From NCBI GenBank assembly GCA_018814885.1, contig JAHIYU010000026.1, positions 30,079 through 94,078 on the forward strand: a stretch of DNA of 64,000 nucleotides, read 5' to 3'. A model generated the notes under the pieces. The model searched no databases and was not told the DNA's origin. It saw only the letters and a list, made by a program, of their open reading frames with translations. The stretch's first letter is position 1; the number at the start of each line of letters is the position of its first letter. This document shows positions 11,061 through 19,455 of this stretch, in pieces. A program made the position numbers and the translations under genes. The DNA is from a bacterium (GTDB lineage Bacteria; Krumholzibacteriota; Krumholzibacteriia; LZORAL124-64-63).

Positions 11061-12011
11061 TCAGAAGTCACCGGAGCCGAAGCCCATCTCCAGGGCGAAG
11101 CGATGGCCGTCCCCCAGGTCGTTCAAGGCGTCCTGGTAGGCATAGCTGACTGTGATGTCGCCGCGCGTGAAGCCGGCACCCGCAGTCAGGCCCTGGGACG
11201 TGTAGTTGATCTTGGTGCCGAAACGCAGGGCGAGGGCAGGCACCATCCTGTACTCCACGCCCACATGGGCCTTGGAATTCCCGTCGTTGGGAAAGACGAT
11301 GTCTCCGGCCAGGGTCACCTTGTCCGCGAAGATGTCATGTGCAGGATCGAAAGCCATGCCGACCCGCAGGATGGTTGGCAAGGGGTAGGACTCGCTGTTC
11401 AAGGTCAGGCCCTGACCGAAATGATTGAGAGAGGCGCCGAACCACAGACCTTCGATAATGGCCTTGTGAGCGATCGACAGGTCGTACGCCAGCCCCGTAT
11501 CGCCGTACATGTCGATCTCTTCGTGCAGCAACTTGATCATGGCGCCTGCGGCGAAGGTCTCTGAGATCTTGCGGGCATAGGAGAAGCCGAGAGCGACCTG
11601 GTAAGGCCGGAATGTCCCCAGCGGGACGCCCACGTTGACCTCTTCGTATCGCTCCATCTCCTCGGCGTAGAAGCCCGAGAACATGAAACCCAGGGCCCCG
11701 AGATCGGTGCGGTGGGCGATGCTCGCGGTCTCCTTGTCGAAGAGGCCCCACATGCGCTGGTGTTGCAACAGCAGGTCCGTGCCGTTCTCCTCGAAGACGA
11801 GCAGGGCCGGATTCCAGTATACCGCGGCTGCGCCCCTGGAAAGGGCCACGCCTGCTCCGCCCATGGCCGCCTCGCGCGCACCGACGGCGGTGCGCAGCGA
11901 GAGAAATCCGGACTCTCCCGGCGTGCCGGCCGACGCCAGGGTGCAAAAAGACAGCACGAGGATGCCCAAGGCGGGGGCGGTGAGACGGTGCATCAGGCTG
12001 GTTCTGCTCAT
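11061..12011 (-). CDS. PorV/PorQ-family outer-membrane beta-barrel
   Basis: FLSLRTAVGAREAAMGGA and YWNPALL PorV-like N-terminus, alternating beta strands, GHRFALEMGF end. Start at MSRTSL. Confidence 0.8.
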   Translation of the reverse strand: MSRTSLMHRLTAPALGILVLSFCTLASAGTPGESGFLSLRTAVGAREAAMGGAGVALSRGAAAVYWNPALLVFEENGTDLLLQHQRMWGLFDKETASIAHRTDLGALGFMFSGFYAEEMERYEEVNVGVPLGTFRPYQVALGFSYARKISETFAAGAMIKLLHEEIDMYGDTGLAYDLSIAHKAIIEGLWFGASLNHFGQGLTLNSESYPLPTILRVGMAFDPAHDIFADKVTLAGDIVFPNDGNSKAHVGVEYRMVPALALRFGTKINYTSQGLTAGAGFTRGDITVSYAYQDALNDLGDGHRFALEMGFGSGDF

Positions 12012-12094
12012 TCCCGATCCTTTCCACCGCGCAGCGGGCGCGGGTGCTTGTCCGGGTCGGACTTCATCCTCATCCAGTCGCTTGCCGACCGGCA

Positions 12095-15000
12095 TCAACG
12101 GGCGATCACCACGGGGCGCACACTCACCTCTCGGGAGCCGCCATCGTCGGCGATCAGACGGCAGATGTACACGCCCGACACGACGGACTCTACGTCCAAC
12201 AGGATCTCGACGGGGCCGCCGCGCGCCTGCACGACTGCCGAAGTCCGCACTTCCTCTCCCTCGAGATTGTACAAGTATGCCCGCACCTGGCAATCACGAT
12301 TCGCCAGCGCGCGCACGTGCAGTTCCTCGCCGGTCAGGGGTGTAGGGTAGCAGATATGGCTGCTGGATGTGAGCAGGGCTGCCCCTACCGGCGGCGCCGT
12401 CACGGCCCCAGCCGTTTCCGCACGTCGATCGGAGCCGCCCCACATGGGCCAGATCTCCACGGCGTCCGCGGTTCCCGGCAGACTCCACGCGGAGAGCCTG
12501 GAGACCGGATCCCCCGTGGGATCGCCAGAATCGTCATATCCACTGATACGCAGAATCGAGCCCACCGCCACCAATTCCAGCCCGGGCATCCCATCCAGAT
12601 CCATCAACAGCGGCGTGCCGGCGGTCTCTCCGGGACCCGCCAGCGGCCACCCGGACGCGAGCCGCCCGTCCCGATCGTACAGAAAGAGACGGCCGTCTCG
12701 CGATGCGAAGAGTGTATAGGCTCTTCCGCCGATCTGGGCCACGAGGGGCGATGGAGCACCGGCACCCCCGGTCGCCGTCACGGAGATCCGGGGCGCCACA
12801 GGCCATCCGGTGAGCGGGAAGCCACCCACGCCCGCCAAGACGAATCCAGCCTCGGCCACATAGCCGAGGCCCGGAGCCAGCGGCGAGGTCACGCCGGCCC
12901 ATTCCGGCCAGGCCTCGACCCCGGCAGCTTGGGGGCCATCCCAGATCATGGCGCCGCCAGTGATGGCAGGGATGATCAGAACGTCTTGTCCCGCAAACAT
13001 CAATACGCCGGAAGGTTGTCCGGGAAGCTCTACGAAACTGTCATTTTCACAATCTGCCAGGCGCCAGACGGCATCCACATCATCATACACGGGCAGCAAT
13101 GTGAGTCCACGCCAGCGGGTGGGAGGTGAGACCGCCTCGAGACCGGTGTCCGTCAGGATGTGGATCTCTTCTTCTGCCAGGTTCCAGTAGTGCAGACGCA
13201 GCCGCCCGTCCACATCCCGGCGTTCGACGATGATGGCCACATCCCTCTCCGCAGCCGAGAGCGCCATCGGGACCACGACGGTCGGTTGGCTGCAATGCTC
13301 CAGGGGCAGCACCAGCCCGTAGCTGGCGCCGTCCGCGTCGCCGTCGATCATTTCGCTGCCGTCCTCGCCGTTGAACGCGTACAACCCGGAATCCGCCGTC
13401 AACAATATTTCCGGCAGGCCGTCGAGATCGAGATCGCCCACGGCCGCCGGACCGTTCCAGCTCACGGGCTCCCCGCCCGGCCCCTTGCCCACGGCGAACA
13501 GGCCGGTCAGGGGTGAGCCTTCGCGGAAGCTCTCGAGATCATGATCGAACGCGAAGACGCGTCCCCTATCTCCCGTGGCCACGATCTCCAGCACGCCGTC
13601 CCCGGAACAGTCAAGGTCGACGGCCAGCAGGTGCGAACCGCGCAGGTCGACGTCATTCAACTGGAGAGTGGCCACGGGTTCGGGCGCGCCGCTGGCGGTC
13701 ACGTCCGTCCGACGGCACCGGAAGGTCATGGAGCCCGCGTACCGGATCACGGTATCCCCTGAGAATGGAACCACATATGCCGAATCGGCCACCACGTTGC
13801 TGATCATGTCGATGAGGATGCCGGTGGGGACGCCGCCCGACGTATCGGTCGAGGGAGAGGTCTCGGGGCCGAAGACACTGGAGTCCTCCCCCCGGAAACT
13901 GTCGTAGTCGGCACCGAGCACCCACGCCGAGGGGATCCGGCGGTCGAGATCCTGGATGCCATCGGCTTCCTCCAGATCCACCGACTTGCGAGCCGGGTCG
14001 GCGTTGAAGATGTTCTGTTCAGAGAGGAAAGCGGCCTGGATCACACCCTCGTCGATGTGCCAGATGTACAGACCGCTGCCGGCCCCCTTTGCGCCGTCCA
14101 TGCGAGCGTCGTTTTCGCTCATGAAGAAATCGAATTCCGCCCCGAAGAGCCATTCGCGTTCGTCGTGCTCCGGGTCGTACCAGCTCGTGGGAGTTCCGTC
14201 GCGGTAAATCGAGTCAGCGTCGTAGAAGTCGGGTATGTTGTTGCCGTTCAGGTCGCCCGGGAATGAGAAGATTCCGTTGCCGTCCGGATCCTGCTTGCGG
14301 TATTCTAGCAGCCAGTATTCGCTCGGTCCGATCTCGACGCGCGCCAGCGCCGAATCCGCGGCAGCGTGTTCTGCGGGATACAGCCGGAAGAAGCCGTCGG
14401 CGTCCGGATCGATTGTGTAGGGGTCCAGCCAGCCCATGAGCATCTTGTTGAAGGCGCAGGGATGGGCCGGGATGAAGCCGGCCCCGACGAACAGACCATA
14501 CCCCATCAGGCCGAACTCCCCGATGCCCTGGCTGTCGGGATGGCCGGACGGCGTGAAATCGCTCAGCGACAGCATACCCAGGCGCAGTCCCACCTCGAAG
14601 CAATAGACGCCGAGGGAGCCGAAATAGCCGCCGACACTGGCCACCGAGTCCTGGAACTCGTTTTCCGGCAGGACCAGCACCTGGTCTATGGTCACGGGCT
14701 CCCCGCCGGCGTACGCGTCGCCCGTGGGCAGCCACGGGTCGGGTATGATGTCCTCGTCCCTTGCCTCCGCGAATGCCTCCAGTCCCAGGTAGCTGCTGTA
14801 GATCTGCTCGGGCGAGTCACCGAGAATGTCGGTTTCCTCGCCGGCTCCGGCGTGAATCAGGACCACCGTGTCGAAGCGCGAGAAATCGACCTCACCGTCC
14901 AGCAAGGTGACAGCGTCCAAGGCCATTAGCACCTTCTGCTCCCCTAGTTCGGGATGATTCCCGTACCAGTTCATCGGATGAGGCAGGTTCGCCACGTTAC

Positions 15001-15492
15001 CGGCAACTTCGAAGGCGAAGGTGAAATGTCCCCCGCTGACGACATCGAAATAGGCCTGCACGTCGGTCATCTGGTGTTGATAGTAAGTCGAGTCGTGGGC
15101 CAGATAATAGAAATCGCTCTGGGCGGGGGGGGGAAATCTCCGGAGACCTGTCCATACCTGCCATAGAACAAACTGTCGGCGAAATCGCACATCAACACGA
15201 CTGCGAACAGGCTGTCGGGCGCTGCGTGGCCAGCCATACGGGCGGCCTGCAAGGACCGCGATCCTTCCTCCATCAGACGTCGCGCGCTCGCGCTCAGAGC
15301 CGGCTGGGCGTGCACGGACCAGGTTTGCCCAGGTCCGAGAGCGGCTGCTCGCGAACCGTCGGGTCTCGACGGGGGCCCGGCCGCGGCATGGACCGCGCAT
15401 ATGGCCAGCGACAGCCCCCACAACGCAACGGCGAACGCCGCCCGTCGGCATGCCGACGGGATGGCACCTCGGGCCTCGTCCCGGGTCAGCAT
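12095..15492 (-). CDS. Secreted M6/InhA-like protein with FG-GAP/VCBS-like repeats and T9SS-like CTD; frameshifted at a C9 tract; zinc motif degenerate
   Basis: Signal peptide and VVLMCDFAD in one frame (track ORF 15067..15510). The rest (YFDVVSGG, IHAGAGEE, EYWLLEYR, GLYIWHIDE, DLEEADG, GDLDLDGLPEI, YPTP..SGVY) is in another frame (12095..15451). The junction is at 15125-15133. Confidence 0.8.
15125..15133 (-). repeat. C9 homopolymer at the frameshift junction
   Basis: Plus strand c-GGGGGGGGG-aaa. C10 or C7 would join GDF-PP(P)-AQSDF in frame. Confidence 0.85.
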
Positions 15493-15552
15493 GGACTCTC
15501 CACCTTTCAAGATCGGGGAGCGAAAACCGGATCAGCGCCGCTGGATACGTGC

Positions 15553-15581
15553 ATAATAGGCTCCCGCTCCGGGAGCGTCAA
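15553..15581 (-). promoter_or_regulatory. Putative sigma70 promoter for the M6-like/porV operon
   Basis: Minus strand TTGACG-N17-TATTAT about 60 nt upstream of ATG 15492. Confidence 0.65.
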
Positions 15582-15817
15582 TCGACGCCTAGGCACCGCC
15601 ACTCACGAATCGCCGGGGAAACGATGGCAGTGGAGCTGGAGATCTAACGCCGCCACCCCTGATTGGCATTGTCTTCACTCCCGCTCCACTGCATCTCGTC
15701 GGTGATCGGCCGCTGACCGGATCGGCTGCCCGTTCCCGCTCGGTGCCAACCTCTTCAAGGATCAGGTCCTTTCCGGCCAGCCAGCGATGGGGGGATTGAT
15801 CACTCGACTCCCTGCCG

Positions 15818-17602
15818 CTAGCGCTTTGCGCCGCGGTTTGAACTTGACCTGCCGCCACCCTTGCCGCGCGGCGACGATGAGGAGCCGGAGCCTTGGCTGC
15901 GTGTCGAGCCGTCACTCTTGCTCCCGCTGTTGGACTTGGGCTTCACCGATGAGGGTGAGCGTTCGTTCGGCGTATTGCCGCCCTCCGGCTTTGCCGTCTG
16001 AGGCTTGCGCGTCGGGGTCTTATCGCCATCGGATCGTGGTTTGGCCTCCGGTGCCTTGCGTGTCGGTTCGTCATTTCCTGGGCGAGGCTTGACGGTACGC
16101 GCAGGCTTCTGGTCGCGGCTGCCACCTTGCCAGATCCGCGAACCCTGAGTGTGGGGCTTGACAGGGCGCACGGCGCGGACGTCGTTCACCTGGGGTGCGG
16201 TCCGGGTGCCGGGCGACACGCGAATGGGCTGCTGGCCTTCGGAGGCATCGGGTCGCACGGGACGGGCATCCTCCCGGCCGTCGCGGCCTGTGGCGGGGTT
16301 GGGCCTCACTGCGGGCCCGTCGGTGCTGTTGCGACCGACGCCGCTCGGCATCCTGATACCCGGCGCCCGCTCGTCGCGGGGCTGCTTAGTGAAACCGGCG
16401 ACCGGCTTCACGGCTCGGCCGGTGTCCTTGAACTCGCGGCGTGCGTCCACTCTCTGGTCGGACCTGCCGAGTTCCTGCTTGCGGATCGCCTCCTTGCGGT
16501 TCATGGACGCCACCATGTCCTTGGTGGGACGCGGCGTCTTCACGATCGCACCAGGATGTTCGTAGTCTCGTTCACCTTGGTTGTCTGCGTACCGGTGGTT
16601 CTTGACGATCGGCCGGTAACGCTGGCGGCCTTCCTTGTATCTGACCCAGACATCCCCGCGCCAGTACGGCGAGTAGTTCCAGACGTAGCAGTCGAAATCC
16701 CAGACGGAATACCCCCACGTAGGCCAGGCGTACCAGGGCCGGTACCAGTAGTTGATCCACGGGCGCCAGGTCCAGGGATCCACGTAGTAGTAGACGGGGT
16801 AGTAGTAGGCGGGGTAATACTGGTAGCGGCCGTACCAGTCGTTATCCCAGCTGTAATCGTGATGGATCTCGATCAAGCAAGTATCGCTGTAGGGCTGGTA
16901 ACTGCTGTCGTCGTGGCACTGCGTGCACATGTAACGGGGGTAATCGACCTTGCGGTGCACATAGTAGCTCAGATAGTTGGTCACCACGTAGTCGGAAGGA
17001 TCCTCGAGCCCGGTCACGGCGTAGTTGACGTCGTTCATGGCCAGGAATGGATCGCCAGCCACGTAATAACCTTGCTCCTCTTGCCCGCTTTCGTGGTGGA
17101 AATCCACCTCCAGGTTACGCAGGTCGAAGGGGTAGGCGGAAACGAGAACCTGCACATATTCTACACCTTCCGTGCCGGCGGTCCTGATGCGTTCGGCGCC
17201 CGGTGTTGGCAGGTTGTATGTGTGATTGCCGAAGACGAAACCGTCGTCGTAGCGGCTTCGCGGCCAGAGTATGGACACCAAGCCTTCGGCATCGATACGA
17301 TACACCACGGCATAGGCGTCGCTGTTGGCCTCGAAATGGATGCGAACGGCCTCCCCGCGCTGGTAAATCTCGTCGTCCCCGCGATCGTGCCAGATGTTCA
17401 CACGGTAGGGCTGGTTCTCGAACCCGTTCCAGCCGTCCGACATGGCGGGTGTCCCTTCGGCAGGCTGGGCCCTGGCCGTAGCGAAGCCCACCGCGAGAGC
17501 CAGTGCGATCAACACTGACATCGCCACGCGCAGCCCCGGACTGGGCTGGGACGATGTTGCTCCGCAGGCCGGCTTGAAGTTCATCACTCGTTTCGTCTTC
17601 AT
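15818..17602 (-). CDS. Secreted DUF4384-domain protein with CxxCH, Trp/Tyr-rich middle and disordered basic tail
   Basis: Signal peptide (ALAVGFATARA), DUF4384-like YQRGEAVRIHFEANSDAYAVVYRIDAEG..ILWP, CTQCH, YYPAYYYPVYYY, P/K/R/S-rich C-terminus. Confidence 0.75.
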   Translation of the reverse strand: MKTKRVMNFKPACGATSSQPSPGLRVAMSVLIALALAVGFATARAQPAEGTPAMSDGWNGFENQPYRVNIWHDRGDDEIYQRGEAVRIHFEANSDAYAVVYRIDAEGLVSILWPRSRYDDGFVFGNHTYNLPTPGAERIRTAGTEGVEYVQVLVSAYPFDLRNLEVDFHHESGQEEQGYYVAGDPFLAMNDVNYAVTGLEDPSDYVVTNYLSYYVHRKVDYPRYMCTQCHDDSSYQPYSDTCLIEIHHDYSWDNDWYGRYQYYPAYYYPVYYYVDPWTWRPWINYWYRPWYAWPTWGYSVWDFDCYVWNYSPYWRGDVWVRYKEGRQRYRPIVKNHRYADNQGERDYEHPGAIVKTPRPTKDMVASMNRKEAIRKQELGRSDQRVDARREFKDTGRAVKPVAGFTKQPRDERAPGIRMPSGVGRNSTDGPAVRPNPATGRDGREDARPVRPDASEGQQPIRVSPGTRTAPQVNDVRAVRPVKPHTQGSRIWQGGSRDQKPARTVKPRPGNDEPTRKAPEAKPRSDGDKTPTRKPQTAKPEGGNTPNERSPSSVKPKSNSGSKSDGSTRSQGSGSSSSPRGKGGGRSSSNRGAKR

Positions 17603-17638
17603 GGCCGTACCTCCTGGTCCGGACCTTGGAATCGCCCC

Positions 17639-18556
17639 TTAGAAGCGAACGATCTCGTCTTTTCTGGCGCCACCGGATTCCCTATCGGCTCGCACCTTCA
17701 GTTCCCTGTTGAAATTGTCGATCTGGTAGGCCCAGTCCACGTCTACGTAGTTTTCTTCCTCGGCGTACACATAGAACTTGGCGTAATGCACGTTCGTATC
17801 AGGATCTTCCGTGATCTTGACGATGTAGGAATGCCCCTCGATCAATTCGGCCCGACCCGCGTTGGAATATCCCGAATCGGGAGCGTAATCGACATAGTCC
17901 AGGGGTATCGTACCGTAATCCTGGAGATGCACGATGTCCGGTCGCGCGGCGATCACGAAGGGGACGCCCTCCGCGAAGGCGACATAGATGTCTGCAGTGG
18001 GCGCGTCCCAGGCCATGCGACCGTCAGCCAGCCGGCTGAAGTCGAAACCGCTGCGATCGGGATGAGCGCCGTACCTGTCATATAGCAGAAGTTCGTACCC
18101 GGCCGGACGGGGCGTATCCACGACCGTTTCGAAGCTCAGCGTGCTCTCGTTGCCACTTTCGTCGAAAGCCAGCACGGCATAGTAATAGGTCTCGCCGTTC
18201 ACGACATCCTCATCGTCAAACCAGTGCAGAAGCGTCTGCTCGTCGAAATTCTCGTCCCAGGCCACATCGCCCAGCCAGTAGTAGGCACCGTAGACGGGAT
18301 TGTTTCCGTCATGGCGGTAGACGGCATAGCCGATCAGGTCGAGCTCGTATATGTCGTTCCAGTACACCGAGACAACTTCGTCGCCGGTCACAGTGAATAC
18401 CCCGGTCGGCACCGCTGGCGGATCATCGTCGATGTACGTCACATCCTCGTCGCAACCCAGCATGGCCACCGAGAAGATCAGGACTGTCATGAGCCCCATG
18501 AATCTGCCCAGACCGGCACCAAGATGCCTGGTGTGTACTGGATGATTGGTTCCCAT
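17639..18556 (-). CDS. Lipoprotein with FN3-like domain and an uncharacterised (possibly HmuY-like) C-terminal beta domain
   Basis: Lipobox AMLG-C, PPAVPTG..VYW..YAVYR..GETYYYAVLAFD..GNES FN3 pattern, then GFDF..GHSYIVK..YAKF..DWAYQ. SD GGGAGG. Confidence 0.7.
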   Translation of the reverse strand: MGTNHPVHTRHLGAGLGRFMGLMTVLIFSVAMLGCDEDVTYIDDDPPAVPTGVFTVTGDEVVSVYWNDIYELDLIGYAVYRHDGNNPVYGAYYWLGDVAWDENFDEQTLLHWFDDEDVVNGETYYYAVLAFDESGNESTLSFETVVDTPRPAGYELLLYDRYGAHPDRSGFDFSRLADGRMAWDAPTADIYVAFAEGVPFVIAARPDIVHLQDYGTIPLDYVDYAPDSGYSNAGRAELIEGHSYIVKITEDPDTNVHYAKFYVYAEEENYVDVDWAYQIDNFNRELKVRADRESGGARKDEIVRF

Positions 18557-18606
18557 GATTCACCTCCCGTCTGGTTCAGCAGTCAGGTATTCCTGATTCC
18601 CTATTA

Positions 18607-18622
18607 CGCACGGGACGTGCCA
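18607..18622 (-). promoter_or_regulatory. Putative sigma54 (-24/-12) promoter for the lipoprotein-DUF4384 operon
   Basis: Minus strand TGGCACGTCCCGTGCG with GG and GC 10 nt apart, about 50 nt upstream of ATG 18556. Confidence 0.65.
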
Positions 18623-18892
18623 ACAGGCAGACCGAGCCTCTCGCAGACGTCGAACAGCCGTCCGGTATGTACGTTCCTGGCCGTATCTCCTTTATTTACC
18701 GGGGAATTCAGGGGGTATACCACGTGCCACGATTGGCAATTGGCAAGGGAACTCCAGAATCGCTTACGGGAGCGGAGAGATCATATGTCTCTCCTGATGA
18801 TCAACCGATCCCCGAATGAGGACGGTGCGGCACGAGGCACGGGTCCCCTAGTCGATTCCCGCATATCGGCTCCGTTGCGTCCATCGGCGGTC

Positions 18893-19221
18893 GATAAGAG
18901 AAAGAAAGAGCCTCCAGCCCGCCATCGGGCTGCCCGGTCCTGAGTCTCGCCACATCAGGATCGGGGTGGCTCTTTCTTCTCAATCATGATCTTGTAGAAC
19001 GGATATTCGGAAGGGAAAGGATTCACAGCTTTCTCCACTCGGTGTGCGGATCGGCCTGGACCCCACATCCAGATCAACTCGACACGAGTCTCATCGTTGA
19101 AAACTCCCCTCATACAGCCGGTTGTTGATGAGGGCGTGAATCCGTTCCCCTTTCCGGGTTCCTTGATGAATCAATGGGTCGGTGCAAGTCCATCCCTGCA
19201 ACTGCTCCCACCCTCTTTCGA
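18893..19221 (-). ncRNA. Candidate sigma54-dependent small RNA (GGA-rich 5' part, three-way junction and U-rich 3' end)
   Basis: No credible ORF. Begins ~12 nt downstream of the -12 element at 19233, has 8 GGA motifs in 19105-19208, and ends in a multi-stem structure at 18902-18978 followed by CUCUUUCUUUCUCUU. Confidence 0.4.
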
Positions 19222-19231
19222 GAGCAATCAT

Positions 19232-19247
19232 TGCAGGCCGCATGCCA
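19232..19247 (-). promoter_or_regulatory. Putative sigma54 (-24/-12) promoter directly downstream of the TPR activator
   Basis: Minus strand TGGCATGCGGCCTGCA with GG-N10-GC spacing, close to consensus TGGCACGNNNNTTGCW. Confidence 0.6.
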
Positions 19248-19385
19248 ACGTCCTACTTGGCAGTAACTTTGTAACTGACTTTCTCCATTGAGATTACAGA
19301 CGCAATCCCGCCAGCTCGTATGACAAGGCCATGACCATGGGCAATAGAGTTCGCATCTGTACCATCGATATCATAACTTCCTTCA

Positions 19386-19398
19386 AATCAACATGTTG
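19386..19398 (+). promoter_or_regulatory. IHF-like site in an AT-rich tract
   Basis: AATCAACATGTTG matches WATCAANNNNTTR. 19381-19440 has only 19/60 G+C. Confidence 0.35.
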
Positions 19399-19455
19399 TG
19401 ATATAAATATATTTTACACCCACTCAGGGTAAGATAACAGGAATTGCCATATGGG

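Noticed and set aside
15589-15915. Short ORF (26-108 aa) between DUF4384 and the M6-like gene
   Set aside because: Low-complexity product that overlaps the stem-loop and the DUF4384 end; only a weak SD supports it.
18715-18730. Another TGGCAC on the minus strand
   Set aside because: No GC at the -12 position (GG-N10-AC), so it is not a sigma54 promoter.
18841-18873. Minus-strand GGAGCCGATATGCGGGAATCGAC resembling a tmRNA 5' end or tRNA T-arm
   Set aside because: No matching 3' acceptor/T-arm with CCA at the expected distance.
18801-18983. 60-aa minus-strand ORF across the three-way junction
   Set aside because: TTG start, no SD, no recognisable features. The structured-RNA explanation is simpler.
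19175-19205. GGTGCAAGTCC...CCTGCAACTG resembling a cobalamin riboswitch core
   Set aside because: The flanking P5 arms do not pair, the GGGAA and 3' box elements are missing, and there is no downstream gene on that strand.
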